From Moniliella sp. 'wahieum' (Eukaryota), in contig RSEE01000025.1 of NCBI GenBank assembly GCA_003971905.1, positions 186,001-250,000 of the forward strand: a stretch of 64,000 bases of DNA. Direction: 5' to 3'. A model generated the notes under the pieces. That model was given only the letters and a program-made list of their open reading frames with translations, was not told where the DNA came from and searched no databases. The position numbers were made by a program, and so were the translations under genes. Positions 49,244-61,038 of the stretch are shown piece after piece. Position 1 is the stretch's first letter, and each line of letters opens with the position of its first letter.

Positions 49244-52171
49244 TTACCCTGAGAGCCCCGTCCGCTGGGCTGGACCGGCTTCCACATCGCTGTTGCCCAT
49301 ATCAGCTGCGTCCGAATTGAGGGTATGCGCATCCGTCTCGGAGCCGTCCGAGGGGGACTGGGCCATAGCCGAAGCAAGCAGTGTGCTTGTCGTCTTCCTG
49401 GGCAGGGGACATATCGTAAGGAAGAGGCATGTCGGCCGTGGCGCGATAACGATCCGCATTGCCCAAATGCTCGTTCTCCACACGTAGAAACATCCACTGC
49501 CACCGCCGCAGCATCTCGAGCCAAGCCACTAGCAAAGCTCGTGCCAGCCCACTGGACAATGAACTAGGGAGAGGAATGAGGTAAAGGAGCCAGGAGAGAC
49601 GGAGGACCAAGTCGCTCGCCATGGCCCAGTAGTACACAGGCCAATGTTCATAGTACATTAGTTCTGCACGCAGCAAGAAATGGAATCGCTTGCCCACCCG
49701 GTAGGGTTGACCGTCAGACCCAGACCGGGCCGTGTCTTGCCTAAAGACCAATCCATCAATACATCCCAAAGGCCCGAGTAGGTCGAATTGAGTAGTGCGG
49801 CACAGATCCAAAAGCCAAGTCCGGTTGGACCTGATCCCATCCAGCGCCAGTGAGCGTACGCGTAGGCATTGAGGATGCTGGCTGTGTACTTGCCACCATT
49901 GGCCAAGTGAACCGTTTGCCTCGAATCGACCAGCGGCGTAAGCACTGGGTTAACCGGATCAGGGAGGTAGCATCGTCAAGCCCCCGTCCAACGGCTCGTA
50001 TTCGCATCGCATATTCCATCCCAGCATGGCTCCAAGTCCACCCCCCCTGACGGTACTGGCATTGCATCAACCATAGAGTGGACAATGTAAAGGTCAAGCT
50101 AGTGCCAACATCACCAAGCATGAAATCAGAAAACTGGACCGCATAGGACGTAGGTACCAAGCGGCTGATAGAACACGGAGAACAGCCTCGCGGAGCCAGC
50201 GACGGGTTTCGGGCCACAATGCGCCCTGGGACGAAGATGACAAAAAGGGCAGAGGCCAACCAGAGAGCAGGCCAAGCCGTGGGAGGGATGGATGACGGTG
50301 GCCCGGCTCATCCGGATGGAAAACGAGAGTCGCGCAGCCAGAGCAAGTGAAAGCAAGAACCATGCCGGCAGTTCAAACGATTGGTGAGGATCTAACGTGG
50401 ACCGTGGATCCCATTCAAAATAAACGGCGCGTTGATACGATAGTATTGGAACGCTAGGCGGCACACGCCAAAAAGGAAAGCAAAGGTGGTGGGCAGGTAA
50501 AAGGCAGTGTAGACGCGCCAGAGCAGCTCCCATTCAGGTCCACGGACCAGGGGGTCTATCTCCAGTGCATTCCCCACCGCATCCACGGTCATCGTTGCTG
50601 CCAGTCCCGTTGCCATTCCGGCACGGAACACTGAGGCATAGTGGGTTCGGGCAGCCGAATCAAAGCCACCAGTCACACTTCGCAAGCGCGCCAATGCCCG
50701 CTTGCGGTCCCCCTGTTCAAAGTAAGCTGTGAACAGCTCCTCAGCCGAGATCATCAGATCATCGACTTTGTGCGAAGTGTAAAGTGGGGAAGGCTTAGCC
50801 TGAGCGGCAAGGTAAGCGTCTGATATGCCATGAATACCGAACACTTTGCTTGCCTTCTTGAGAATCTTGACAAAGCCGGTGCGGTTGAGAATAGCGTAAT
50901 TTTTGAGGATACAGAAGCCGCGGTAGAGTTCAATCATGGCATTTTGAGTTTCTTGGCCGCGGCCCACGTACGCTTCTGGATCCCGGCTCTGAACCGCAGC
51001 CACATTGTCGCTCCGCGTTCGCCATCTCAGCAATAATGTGCTCCGCCACCGTAGCAGGCACATTATCCAGTGCTGTTACCCACGCTGTTCCTCCTCGTCG
51101 TAGATGGTGGTTACTCGACGAAGAGGAGCGTTCTTCGCCGTCTCTGCCCTTTTGGGGCGTCTACGGGGGGTGCCCGCGCTACGCCCCGGTGGGTCTTGGC
51201 CGGGCTTACCCAAAGGTTTGGCTTCCGAGGATGCCTGGGCGGAACTGCGAGGTAATCCAGGGACGAGATCCTCAACGAACTGACGCATCTGGGTCATGGC
51301 ATTGTGATTGGGAGCGTGGCGCTTGAACGCACGGCGGTGATCGACTAGTTCGCGCGAGCTGACGAGCAATCATGGCGAAACGTTGCCTCAAACTCCGCCT
51401 CGCGTTCGAGGTAGAAGGTGGTAATTTTGTTTAGTTCCGAGTCGGACCGGCCAAGAATGCGTTCTGGATAGTCGAAGTGCGCTTCGACCAAATTGCGATA
51501 TGCTTGATGGCTGCCTCTTGCGCTGGGTCCACTGGGACCATCTCGGAGGGTGGCGAGGAAAAGGAGGCATCGTCGGAGGCTATAGGGGTCGATGTGCCCA
51601 TCGGTCACAGAAGGCATGGTGGGTGGATGAGGGCCTCTCCGCATGCTACGGCAGTAGGAAACATGCTGCTGTGATGGGAGGCGGTGTGATAAGGCAGAGC
51701 GCCAAGTGGAGACCATGGCCGAGTCAGGTGGTGGGATGTGTAGAGGAGGGTGGAGCGGGGACAGAGCAGATAGCCTCCTCAATCGTCATGCGGTGTTTTG
51801 GCCAAATCAATGGGTGGTAGATCGGCAGGGACGTTGATTGTGGGAGAGATTAAAGGAGAGGGCGCAGCCACGTGGAGAAGTAACCTGATGCGCCAGGGCT
51901 CTGGGTACCGTCTGAGGCAGGTGTGCTGGGCAAGAGGGGTTGGTGCTCACTCGATGGCCCGAGGCCGCTAAAGAGTAAGCTGGCGCGGCGGAAAGTGCTC
52001 CAGGCGGGAGACCGGTGCGGAGGCCGCGAGAGCAAGCTTACGTTGCGCAACAATACGCTGAGCCCGGCGGCCTTGGACCTGCTTGATGAGCTTCTTCAGC
52101 CCCTTGTAGTCGAGATAGGCACGCCTCCACTCAGGCTGCGCGTTGTCCTCCAGGTAGCGGCCAAACTTCAT
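49244..52171 (-). CDS. SYG1: SPX-EXS domain protein (Syg1/XPR1/PHO1 family phosphate exporter); frameshifted
   Basis: MKFGRYLEDNAQPEWRRAYLDYKGLKKLIK and ELYRG..LKNYAILNRTGFVKILKK (SPX); VQFSDFMLGD..SL, RLTQCLRR, HLANGGKY, YSGLWDVLMDWSL, LEMLRRWQWMFLRVENEHLGNADRYR (EXS). Confidence 0.92.
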
Positions 52172-52614
52172 AGTGGCTGAGTTGCGTACAAGACAAAGGG
52201 GAACGCAGGTCGAACACCCAGGACGACAGGGAAGGCGGCAGGCAAGGGGGGAGACGCGGCGGGGGTGAGGATGTGGGAAGAGAAAGAGGAGGGGAGGAGG
52301 AGAGGAGAAGAGGAGAGAAAGGAGAAGAAGGAGGGAGACGAGATAAAAGGTACCAGGGGGAGGGCCCACCCCGCTTGAGCTCATCCCCTCCTGCGCAATG
52401 GATCGAGAGCAGCCACCCGCTCCACCCCCAACACACCCAACGTGCGCGTCAAAGACTTTTGGCGTAATTATCGTTGTGGCATAATAATCGACATCACCTC
52501 GCTGGCTCATGCACTCATGCGTCAGCATGTCAGGGCTGCTAACCTCAATTTCAACGCCCTCAGTATATGCGACAGCAAGCAGTGACGCGGCGGGAACACA
52601 GGGTTCTGGAGGTG

Positions 52615-52694
52615 CACGTGACCGGCTTTGGTTTGCCATGCCTGACTCGGTGGAACCCTAGCGGGATATCTGCCGCAGTGGGTGTGATAGGGTT
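52615..52694. promoter_or_regulatory. Cbf1-type E-box plus inverted pair of telobox/Tbf1-like sites upstream of RPL36
   Basis: CACGTGAC (52615-52622, reverse complement GTCACGTG); AACCCTA (52654-52660) and TAGGGTT (52688-52694). Confidence 0.45.
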
Positions 52695-52788
52695 CTGCCT
52701 GCCGTCCAGGTTAGGTGCTCAACGCTGATGCTTTGAGCGCACGAAGGCAGCTAGCTGCAGATTGCCGTCAGCCAACCTACTCGCCGCC

Positions 52789-53252
52789 ATGGTCCGCAAC
52801 TCGTCCAACCCCATCCACAAGCCCACTGTTGCGCGCTCCGGTCTTGCCTGGGGTATTTCCCGCGGCCACAAGACTGAGCGCCGCGTGGTTCCTGCTCGTC
52901 CTGCCGCGATGAAGGGCCACACGTCGCAGCGCAATCTCATTGTCAAGTCGGTCATCCGTGAGGTCGCTGGCTTTGCTCCTTACGAACGGCGCGCCATGGA
53001 ACTCCTCCGCAACTCCAAGGCGTTATAATTCTGGCTTGGACATCCTCTACAACCCTGGCTGCGGGGGGAGGGGGGGATGCTCTGATGCTGATCGCGTCCT
53101 GGTAATACGTTTCTGTACTGACTTGTGGCTCATTTGCAGGACAGCGCGCTCGCAAGTTCATGAAGAAGCGCCTCGGCACCCTCAAGCGTGCTAAAGCAAG
53201 GTCGAGGCTCTGCAGAACGTGGATTGCTGAACAGCGCCGTGCTGGTCACTAA
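52789..53252 (+). CDS. RPL36: 60S ribosomal protein eL36 (intron ~53020-53139; small indels in exon 2)
   Basis: SGLAWGISRGH..IREVAGFAPYERRAMELLRNSK | D.RARKFMKKRLGTLKRAK.KVEALQNVIAEQRRAGH; branch site CTGAC and TTTGCAG acceptor. Confidence 0.96.
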
Positions 53253-53587
53253 ATGGCTCACCCCTGGTTGCTTGTCCCTATGAATTCAGTACTCAGTGCT
53301 CTGCATACCCGCCTTTCATGTTACTTGTCCTTCATTACGTCGTTTCACTTCCATCCACGCCTTCGTCCGTCCTCGCCTCTTGTCAGCTGTTCCCGTTGTC
53401 GGATCTGAGTGTGGCTGTGTCCACCATGGCTCTTGCCTCACTTCTTGCCCGATAGAAACATAACCTGAGGTGTGTGATGCTGGGGGACCTATGGCTGTCT
53501 TTCTGCTGCTGTTGTTGCGATGGTAATCCCATGATTTGACGCAAGCGATGGTAATTCCATGATTTGCCGCAATATTGATGGATAAGA

Positions 53588-54931
53588 TTAGTTGTCGAGT
53601 ATACTGTTGTCGCTCAGGTCACTTTCATTATCGTCCAGATTGTCAGCGCCGTCGCCGTCGTCGTCGTCGCCGCCGCCACTGATCGCGCCGTCGGGATATG
53701 CAGACGGTTGTGAAGCGTTCGGATTGGAACCGTCTTCGCTTCCACTTTCCCAAAGACCATGATCTGAATCCTCCTCGCTTTCTGATTCCTGGCCCGAGAG
53801 GGCCGAAGAGGACCTGCTACCAAAAGCACAAGCAGTCAGTCACCGCACTCTGTTGAGCAAAAGGAATGGGAGCAAAGGCCATACACTATCTGGACTGCCC
53901 AGCCTGGTTTGTGCCACGCCGGAGAGCTTAGACTTAGGCGGGCTAGCCCGGGATCGGCCAGGGGTAGGCTGCCCTTCTTGTCGACTTCGATCGTGTCAGC
54001 AGTGATGGAGCTAGAGGTTTTGAGCTTGGGTCTGGCTCGGTCTTGGCTCTTGACACTCTCTGTCCCGCTGGGAGCTGGTGACGCCCGCGCGCTGGCCACA
54101 TTAGGGTTCAAGGGCGAGGCAGCAAAAACGGTACTGTTTCCTGCACGAGACGTGATCGAGTGCACGGCTAAATATGGGACGCACGATGGTTAGTATGCTA
54201 AAACGAAAGGGGAGGGGGACCTACTCTTTTTTTGGCGGCCCCGGCCTCCTCGTCCCGAGGCATCGCCCCGTTTGGAGTTCGGCTTGAGTAAGTGACCGTC
54301 CGGGGCGCGGATGCGTTTGCGAGCTTCCAATGCAGCTTGAACTCGTGGGGTGGATAAAAGGAGACTTGAGGTGTCGGGAGTAGCATTGGGGGTGGGTGAG
54401 TTGCGGGCAGAGAGAGCCTGCTTGCGAGCAGCACTGGCTGCCTTGCCGCTTGAACCAATGCCAAGGCACTTGGCAGATGAACCGCATAACGATTGCTACT
54501 CACTTGGCGCGAGCATACCACACATTCAAAGAGAGGGTTCTGGGCATACATGTCGGGTTTGCCAGCTTGGCTGCCTGGGGGTGACAACTGACGTGGTGGC
54601 CGACGCAGCAGCTGAGTTGGGGGACGTTGATCCACTCGAGGAAGGCGGAGGTCCGCTTTTGAGCGTCGCGTCTTGGGAGCTCGACGAAGCAGCTTTGGAG
54701 GTATCTTCGGTACCAGCCCCACGGAGCATATGCCCAGAGAGAACAGAGCGCACCGCTGGCCGCACGTATGACACACGTCCCCAATCGTCTCGGCGCGGCG
54801 GCGCTTGGCAGTCAACCGCCAGTTGACAGCAGACTGTGATACCATGTCGCGAACCAGGCGTCGTACAGACGTTTGCTTAGGCGCTGGATACCGCCTGAGG
54901 CAGCGCCATCCAACGCGGTCTCGTCGGCCAT
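53588..54931 (-). CDS. SGF11: SAGA deubiquitination module subunit Sgf11 (introns near ~54170-54225 and ~53815-53885; frameshifted)
   Basis: N-terminal helix (IQRLSKRLYDA.LVRDMV), VCHTCGQRC, then the Sgf11 zinc finger FECVVCSRQVSSNRYAVHLAKCLG (joined frames); acidic C-terminus ending DNSILDN-stop. Confidence 0.8.
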
Positions 54932-56694
54932 AGCGGTAGGCTTGGGAAGGGATGTCGGTCAGGTGGTGGTGCGTTCGATCAGGTAAAATCACCCGCACTG
55001 CGCCGCAGTGCGTGGGGAGACCTGAAACAATGAAACGAGAATTCTGGTCGGGCGCAGCTGTCAGCCGCAGAACAGACGCGTGGGGAAGGCAACGATGTTA
55101 CGCTGGGGGCGATGGTGGTGGCAGTGAACGGCCAGAGTGACCCGTGGAACCTGGGGCCAGCAAGAAGGCGAAAATGAGTAAAGGTGAAGTTCCTAGTACT
55201 ATAGGGAACAAATAATAATACTATCACCGACGAACCAACAGTTGATGCATCATGGCTCTGACCATCATCGTGTCAATAAGCAGCCTGGTACAGATCCCGA
55301 AGTGATGCTCAGGTTTGACGCGGATAGGAATGTGGCTACGGCGGGATGGCCCGAGACACTGCCTTCAGTGTGTTGCGCCCGCGTGCGACTTTGAGAAGAA
55401 GGCCAATGGAGACTCGATCCATGTATAACACAGGCGGGTGTTCAACAGAAAAGGCACATGAAAATGGCAGGCAGATACATCGCGGCCGACGCTAATAATG
55501 TCCTATGGTGTGTGGTGCACGTTTTCATGCGATATAGGAGGGCTGATGGAGCGGGTTGGGGGATATACCAAGCACATATTCGGCAACCTCAGGGAAGTTG
55601 CGGGAGAGGACCGGCTAGCTCCCAAATCTATCTATTCTCGGCGCGTTGTCGCTGTCGTCCTACTATTAAAACTCTTCGGACGTGGTTTAATACTTCTCTC
55701 TAGCAATGGAAGCGATCGAAGCTGTGGACAGAATGCTGCTTCGTATCGCTCCTTCTGCTGAATTGCCTGTCAGTAGACCAACAACCCACTCTATATGACT
55801 CGGGATATCCGTTACGTATTTGGCGACAGGTTGTGTCCAGCACCGAGACTGGCGTTTTGCTGAAAACTCCATCTCGGTGGGGGGGAGGGGTGTATACATA
55901 CGAACGGAGGGATCATCGAGATCATCTTCGATCTCTGGTTCGGCCATCACCTCGCCCTCCTCGTTTTCCATTGCACATCGAAGCCCAGGCTGTTCACTGG
56001 ACCGCACTCTTCCTCCCACCCATCTTTGATGGGGGGGGGGGGGAGCGCGAACTTCCAAAACGAGTGAAGTGGATGGGCGCCTTGGACTTTTTGTTCGGGG
56101 GGCGCTGGCATATCTTCACATTATGGGTTGGCCGGAGCGCCGGAGCGCTGAGCTGTGGCTATTAGAGCGCTATGAATAAACGGGGAGGTGGAGAGTAACC
56201 AGAGTCGCCGAGTCCTCTCGATTACTGGGACAGAGGTCTGAATACGGTGAGCGTCCAATGTGTGTTCCATGTTACCGTACGAAGTGCTGGCCTCGCACGC
56301 TGTCGGCGTCCCTCGGATGGGGATGTCTAGACTGCCTCTGCCACAAACGAGCCGCAGCGTCAAAACGACCAACGATCATGCATTCGGGTCTACTATCGAT
56401 GATCATCGATCAAGGACGATCGCTTATCGCTTTATCGACTTACCGATGTCTATTTGCGAGTTACCCCGATTGAATATTGAGCGCCAAGCTAGTGACCGGT
56501 GAGTGAAACAACGCGCAACACGTGACAGGCAGGACACGACACCAAGCGTCGCTGTCTCCAGCCCTAAGTTCTTCCGATCAGTTCCATTCACCAAGTGCCA
56601 AATGCGGATGGCATAGAAATACAGGAGAATCAGCTATCTGCAGGGCGAGCTGTGTGGATGGTATGCACAGATGCCGCATCAAGGAAAGTACCTG

Positions 56695-59607
56695 CTAGAA
56701 GCAAGAGAGTTGTCCATTTGCGCCCAGCTGAGTGAAGGCCGAAGGCGCGGAACAAAAAAAGTAAAAGACGGATGAGGGAGCGTGAGGTTGAAGCGTAAAA
56801 GGAAAGGCGAAACGGGGTAGAACTCTCTTCTCAAGGTGTCCAGTCAGACTGGTAGAGCGGCAACGCGGGCATGTCCAGCTCATCGGGGTCGGATAGGGAA
56901 GGAAGTGAACGAGGGCCCGGGGTAAAAAAGTCCCCCTTCGCAAGGGGGTGGAAGAGGTTGTAGAGTCAGGGCGGGTACAGCCGGTTGACGTACGTGATGG
57001 GCTTTGCTGAGCTTGGGCGAATGACCAGAGGGGCATCAAGTCGCCCGCACTCAGCGCTCGGGCAAGAGGCGGTAATCCCATCAGGGTCTCGCCATCGGCT
57101 GGCGAGCGCACTTCGTGACTTTCGTTGGATTCCGATGGGGTCGGGGGACCATCGGCATCGCTGGGCCGCCAGCTGGGTAAAGATGAACCAGAAGAGGAGG
57201 CTCGTGAGCGTAGTTGGTCAGGCGGTACATGGCCATCTTGCGAATGAACAAGGCTGGGCCCGGCTTCGTTCGCGACAACGGCCTGCTGCCATGGCACAGG
57301 GGAAGTTCCCTCTCCAACCTGTTGGAAGGGTAAAATATTAACATGATCAGATGTTGTGGGGCTCATTCTGCTTTGCACGTGCACATCCACATCTTCCATT
57401 TCCTTCGCAGGAAGAGGAACATCATCGGGACAAGAACGCGGCGGGACAGACAGAGGCGGAGCCTGTACGCTTGCCAGGAAAGGGGAGGCTGATGAGCAAA
57501 CAAGGGTTGCGTGCTTTCACGCCACAGCGCCAATTGAGCTTCCGCCTCAGCGCGGGCTTGATACTGTGCCCAAAACGCCATTTGGATTTGTTCCACGGCA
57601 CGCTGGGCGTCGAGCGCAGCACGTTCTGCGCAGCAGCCCGACCTTCAGTCTGAGCCAGCAGAGCTGGCCAACGCTCCAGTTCCTGGTCTGCGGCCTGCAT
57701 GCGCGTCTCGACCGTAGCCAGCCGACCTTTAAGTTCGTCCACCTGGGCCTGCAAGACATCATCTCATCGGCCTTGGCACGCTGAAGAGCGGCAAACTGGT
57801 CAGCATGACGGATGGTTTGGGTGCGCAACTCTTGTTGAACCATGGCCAACTGATTTCGGGCAGATTCGAGCGCAGCAGTGTCACGTTCCCGCTCACGTTC
57901 TCTCCCACGGTCCTCCGAAGGGTGTGCAAGCGCAGTGCGCGATCCAGGTCGCGAGAGTGAAGTGAGACAGACGAAAGCGTTGGACTTGGTCCGCTTCCAC
58001 GGCCACGGGCCTTGTGTAACCCACGCCGCCCATCCTCCGCATGGGAGCCATGGTTTCTCCCGCTAATGGTACAGGTGACGTGCCCAGTCGCAAGGCGCGA
58101 AGTGGCGTACTCATCGGACGAGGAGGCACCTCATCTCGAGGGGAATCAAGAACCTCGGCCTCGGGTTCGGAAATAGAGTCCGTCTCAGACTCAAGCTCAG
58201 AGCTAATGGGGGAATCGAAAGTAATGGGGCACTGAGGCTCGGATGAGGGCGGCAACGGCATGTCCGGAGCGGGCGAGGGCACTTCCTTCATGACAGGAGT
58301 AGACGGGGGGGGATGAACGGTGTGGGCCCGGGCGTGGCCAGTGCGCAAGCCAGAGCCCGACAGGGCGTACGGATGCGAGGCAAGCCAGCTCGAAAGCCAG
58401 CCGAGAGAAGCAGGCTGGCAGGGCGCTGGCGGCGAAGAAAAGCAGCGTTGGCGGCCCGAGCGCCCTCCGAAGTTTCATCCTCTTCCCCTTCTTCTCTCCA
58501 CCAACGGTGCCAGCCCTTCCTCCCCGTTTCGCCAGTCCTTGCTGAAAGACTGAACGAAACAGGCCTGGAACGGGGTCGCGCAGCGAAAAGTGGCCATCTC
58601 GTTCCCTGCGGTCGGCATTCGCGTTAAGTGTTCATTCGCCTCCAAAATACGAGACGTGCGGGCTGAGTTGATCCCATCGGCACCGTGCAATTCGTCGAAA
58701 TCAGGGAGCTGGAGCTGTCTTTCGCCACCATGCAATGAGGAGGAAAACGAAGTGGGGCGGGAGGGAGGAGGAAGGCTGAAGCGGAGGAGGGGTCCACTCT
58801 GGATCCTGCGTTCCCTAGGGTCATTATGCATCGAGTTCTTGAGGATGGGGCGGCTGGCAGAGGGGAGGCGAGGGTGAGAAGAGGTGCGACCCTCCAGCTT
58901 GGAGAGTGAGCTGAGACGGCTATCTGGGGAAGATGCATCGTCCTCAGTGTCACTGCCGGAGGGTGACGTAGACAAGTCGTTGGAACGGGTAATATTCTTG
59001 CGCTGCTGAGGCCACCGCCAAGCCAGCTGAGGCTTCGTCAGAGTTGGAATCGAGGACTCTGGTGAAATCAACGAAGCTGCCGAAGGCTGAGTGCTCGCAC
59101 TGCAAATTGAAGAAGGCCGAGCACCCGCTGGGCCAGCAAGGATCTCCATACTCTGACGTCCAGTGGACATGCTTGGTTGACGGATATGTCTGCTAGGCCG
59201 GCGAGTGTGTACAGTGGCTGGCGTTGGAGTAGAGGCAGGTGAGGGAATGGAGTCCAGCGGGGGCGGAAGAGGTGGGTCCGCGTTCCTCGGAGTGACCGGC
59301 GCAGACATAGGCTCCACCGGGAAATTTCACTTGGCTCGGGTACGATCTGGGCAAGGCACATGGACGGGGAAGATGAGGCAGCAGGGGCGGGATCGAACGA
59401 TGTGTCCTCCACCGCAACTGGAAGGGGGGGCATGCCTAGGTCGGAAGGAAATGGCGAAAGCTGAGGAGTGAAGAGGCCGGGGGCGAGTTCGGTAGCCGAA
59501 TCAACGCTTGAATGCCCAGAAGTGAACGGTCGAGGCGGTAAGGAGACAGACAAAGACGCAGTGCGGGAGTGGCCCCGCCCGTGGCGGAGGGAAGACACGC
59601 GGGCCAT
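56695..59607 (-). CDS. hypothetical S/P-rich protein with C-terminal coiled coil (frameshifted; ends approximate)
   Basis: Chain of overlapping ORFs 59068-59607, 58475-59317, 57893-58348, 57547-57849, 57422-57754, 57363-57596 and 56695-57399; heptad-like QAQVDELKGRLATVETRMQAADQELERW. Confidence 0.55.
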
Positions 59608-59943
59608 GCTAAATGGGGCGGCTGAGAGAAGTGTTGGCGGTGCAAGGCGGACTCAATGGAGGAAGTGTGTTGGAAGGCGGAGCGGCTGAGACGAAATGAG
59701 GGTGGCAGCGATGAAAAGGGGGGCGGGGAGTGGGTGGAGGCGGACACGGGGCGCTCGCCTGGAACGCAAGGTTCCGTGAAAGATGGTGAGCGTAAGCCGA
59801 AGGGCAGAAGCTGGGCGCGTGGGTTAGCGAGCCGAGGCGGACGAAGGTGAGAGCAAGGCCGCTGAGAGCGCCAATGGACGTACCACGCTCGGCTGAGGCC
59901 CAGACCCAGGCTCGGGAGTCTGCAGAGGCACAGGCACAGCCTC

Positions 59944-60013
59944 GGGGAGGAGGGGGGGAGGGGGGGGGAGGGAGGGGAGGGGGAGGGAAGGGCAGAGGGC
60001 AGGAGGGAAGGAG
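59944..60013. repeat. G-rich polypurine tract (G-quadruplex/H-DNA potential)
   Basis: GGGGAGGAGGGGGGGAGGGGGGGGGAGGGAGGGGAGGGGGAGGGAAGGG..., more than 8 G-runs with 1-2 nt A loops. Confidence 0.8.
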
Positions 60014-60667
60014 CGGCGGGGTGGCGATGGGGAGAGCGAAAACGACCCGCAGCCCGAAATCGAAAACGAATGGCGGCGGGCGGAGCAAGGGGCAAGCAGC
60101 GCCGCCTGCCTGCGGCCTGGTGCCTGCGTCTGGCGGCTGCCGCCGTCTGGGGCCACGCTGGGCGACCTGACGCTGACGCATGACGCGTGACGGAGCGAGC
60201 GAACCCTATGGCAGCGGCGCGCGTGGTGCACACACTGCTCCTGCGCAGATCTCCGCCCCGTCACACATCAGCATCACGCGCACACGCCGCATGTCACGCG
60301 CAGATCATCAGACCCAGGCACCGCTGTCTGGCACAGACCCCACGCCGCCGCCGCGGAGGCGCTGGGCGGCGTTGGGCGGCAGCGCAGCCTGCGCCCGTTC
60401 GCGCCAGCGCGCACCAGCCCAGCACCCAGCCGACACCATGTCTGCGCAGTTCCGGCTGAGCCTCAGGATAGCCTCACCCCTCACCGGTTCCAGCCTCATC
60501 GGCCTCATCGACATCCATCATCCACTCATCCACTCATCCACTCATCCATCTGCCGCGGACACCCACCATTGGGCTCATCGATCGCACATCCGTCCTCCCT
60601 CGGCCTCAAGCTTCAAGCTTGGAGCTTGGCGCGCAACCTGGCGCAACGCGGGGAAGGAGCGACGCGG

Positions 60668-60713
60668 GCTGTGGCACTGCTGTGGCTGCTGTGGCTGCTG
60701 TGGCTGCTGTGGC
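60668..60713. repeat. 9-bp tandem repeat (GCTGTGGCT)n, ~5 copies
   Basis: gctgtggcactgctgtggctgctgtggctgctgtggctgctgtggc. Confidence 0.85.
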
Positions 60714-60772
60714 ATGCGGCGGGCAGGGCGGCGATGGAATGGGGCAAGGGGGCAGTGTGCGCCCATGGGAAC

Positions 60773-61038
60773 TAACGGGTGACCTGTGACCGGTGACCGG
60801 TGACCCCGGCTGCGTGTGACGCGTGACGGCGAGCGCTGGCTGAGCGAGCGAGTGGGGAGCTGCGCAAGGCTGCGCGCTGTTCCGAGTTCAGCCTGTCGCT
60901 GCTGCGCCGCAGCATCATGCACATGCCCCTTGTCTCCTGCCCCATCACGCATCACGCGACCCGTATCGCGCGTGACGCGTGACGCGTGACGCGTGACATG
61001 TGACATGTGGCATGTGGCATGTGGCACGTGACATGTGA
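60773..61038. repeat. TGA-lattice heptamer arrays with spacer switching
   Basis: TAA CGGG TGA CCTG TGA CCGG TGA CCGG TGA (60773-60803); (TGA CGCG)x3 (TGA CATG)x2 (TGG CATG)x2 TGG CACG TGA CATG TGA (60973-61038). Confidence 0.92.

Noticed and set aside
55400..56500. Possible small gene between SGF11 and the coiled-coil gene
   Set aside because: Fragmentary ORFs on both strands with no recognisable motif.
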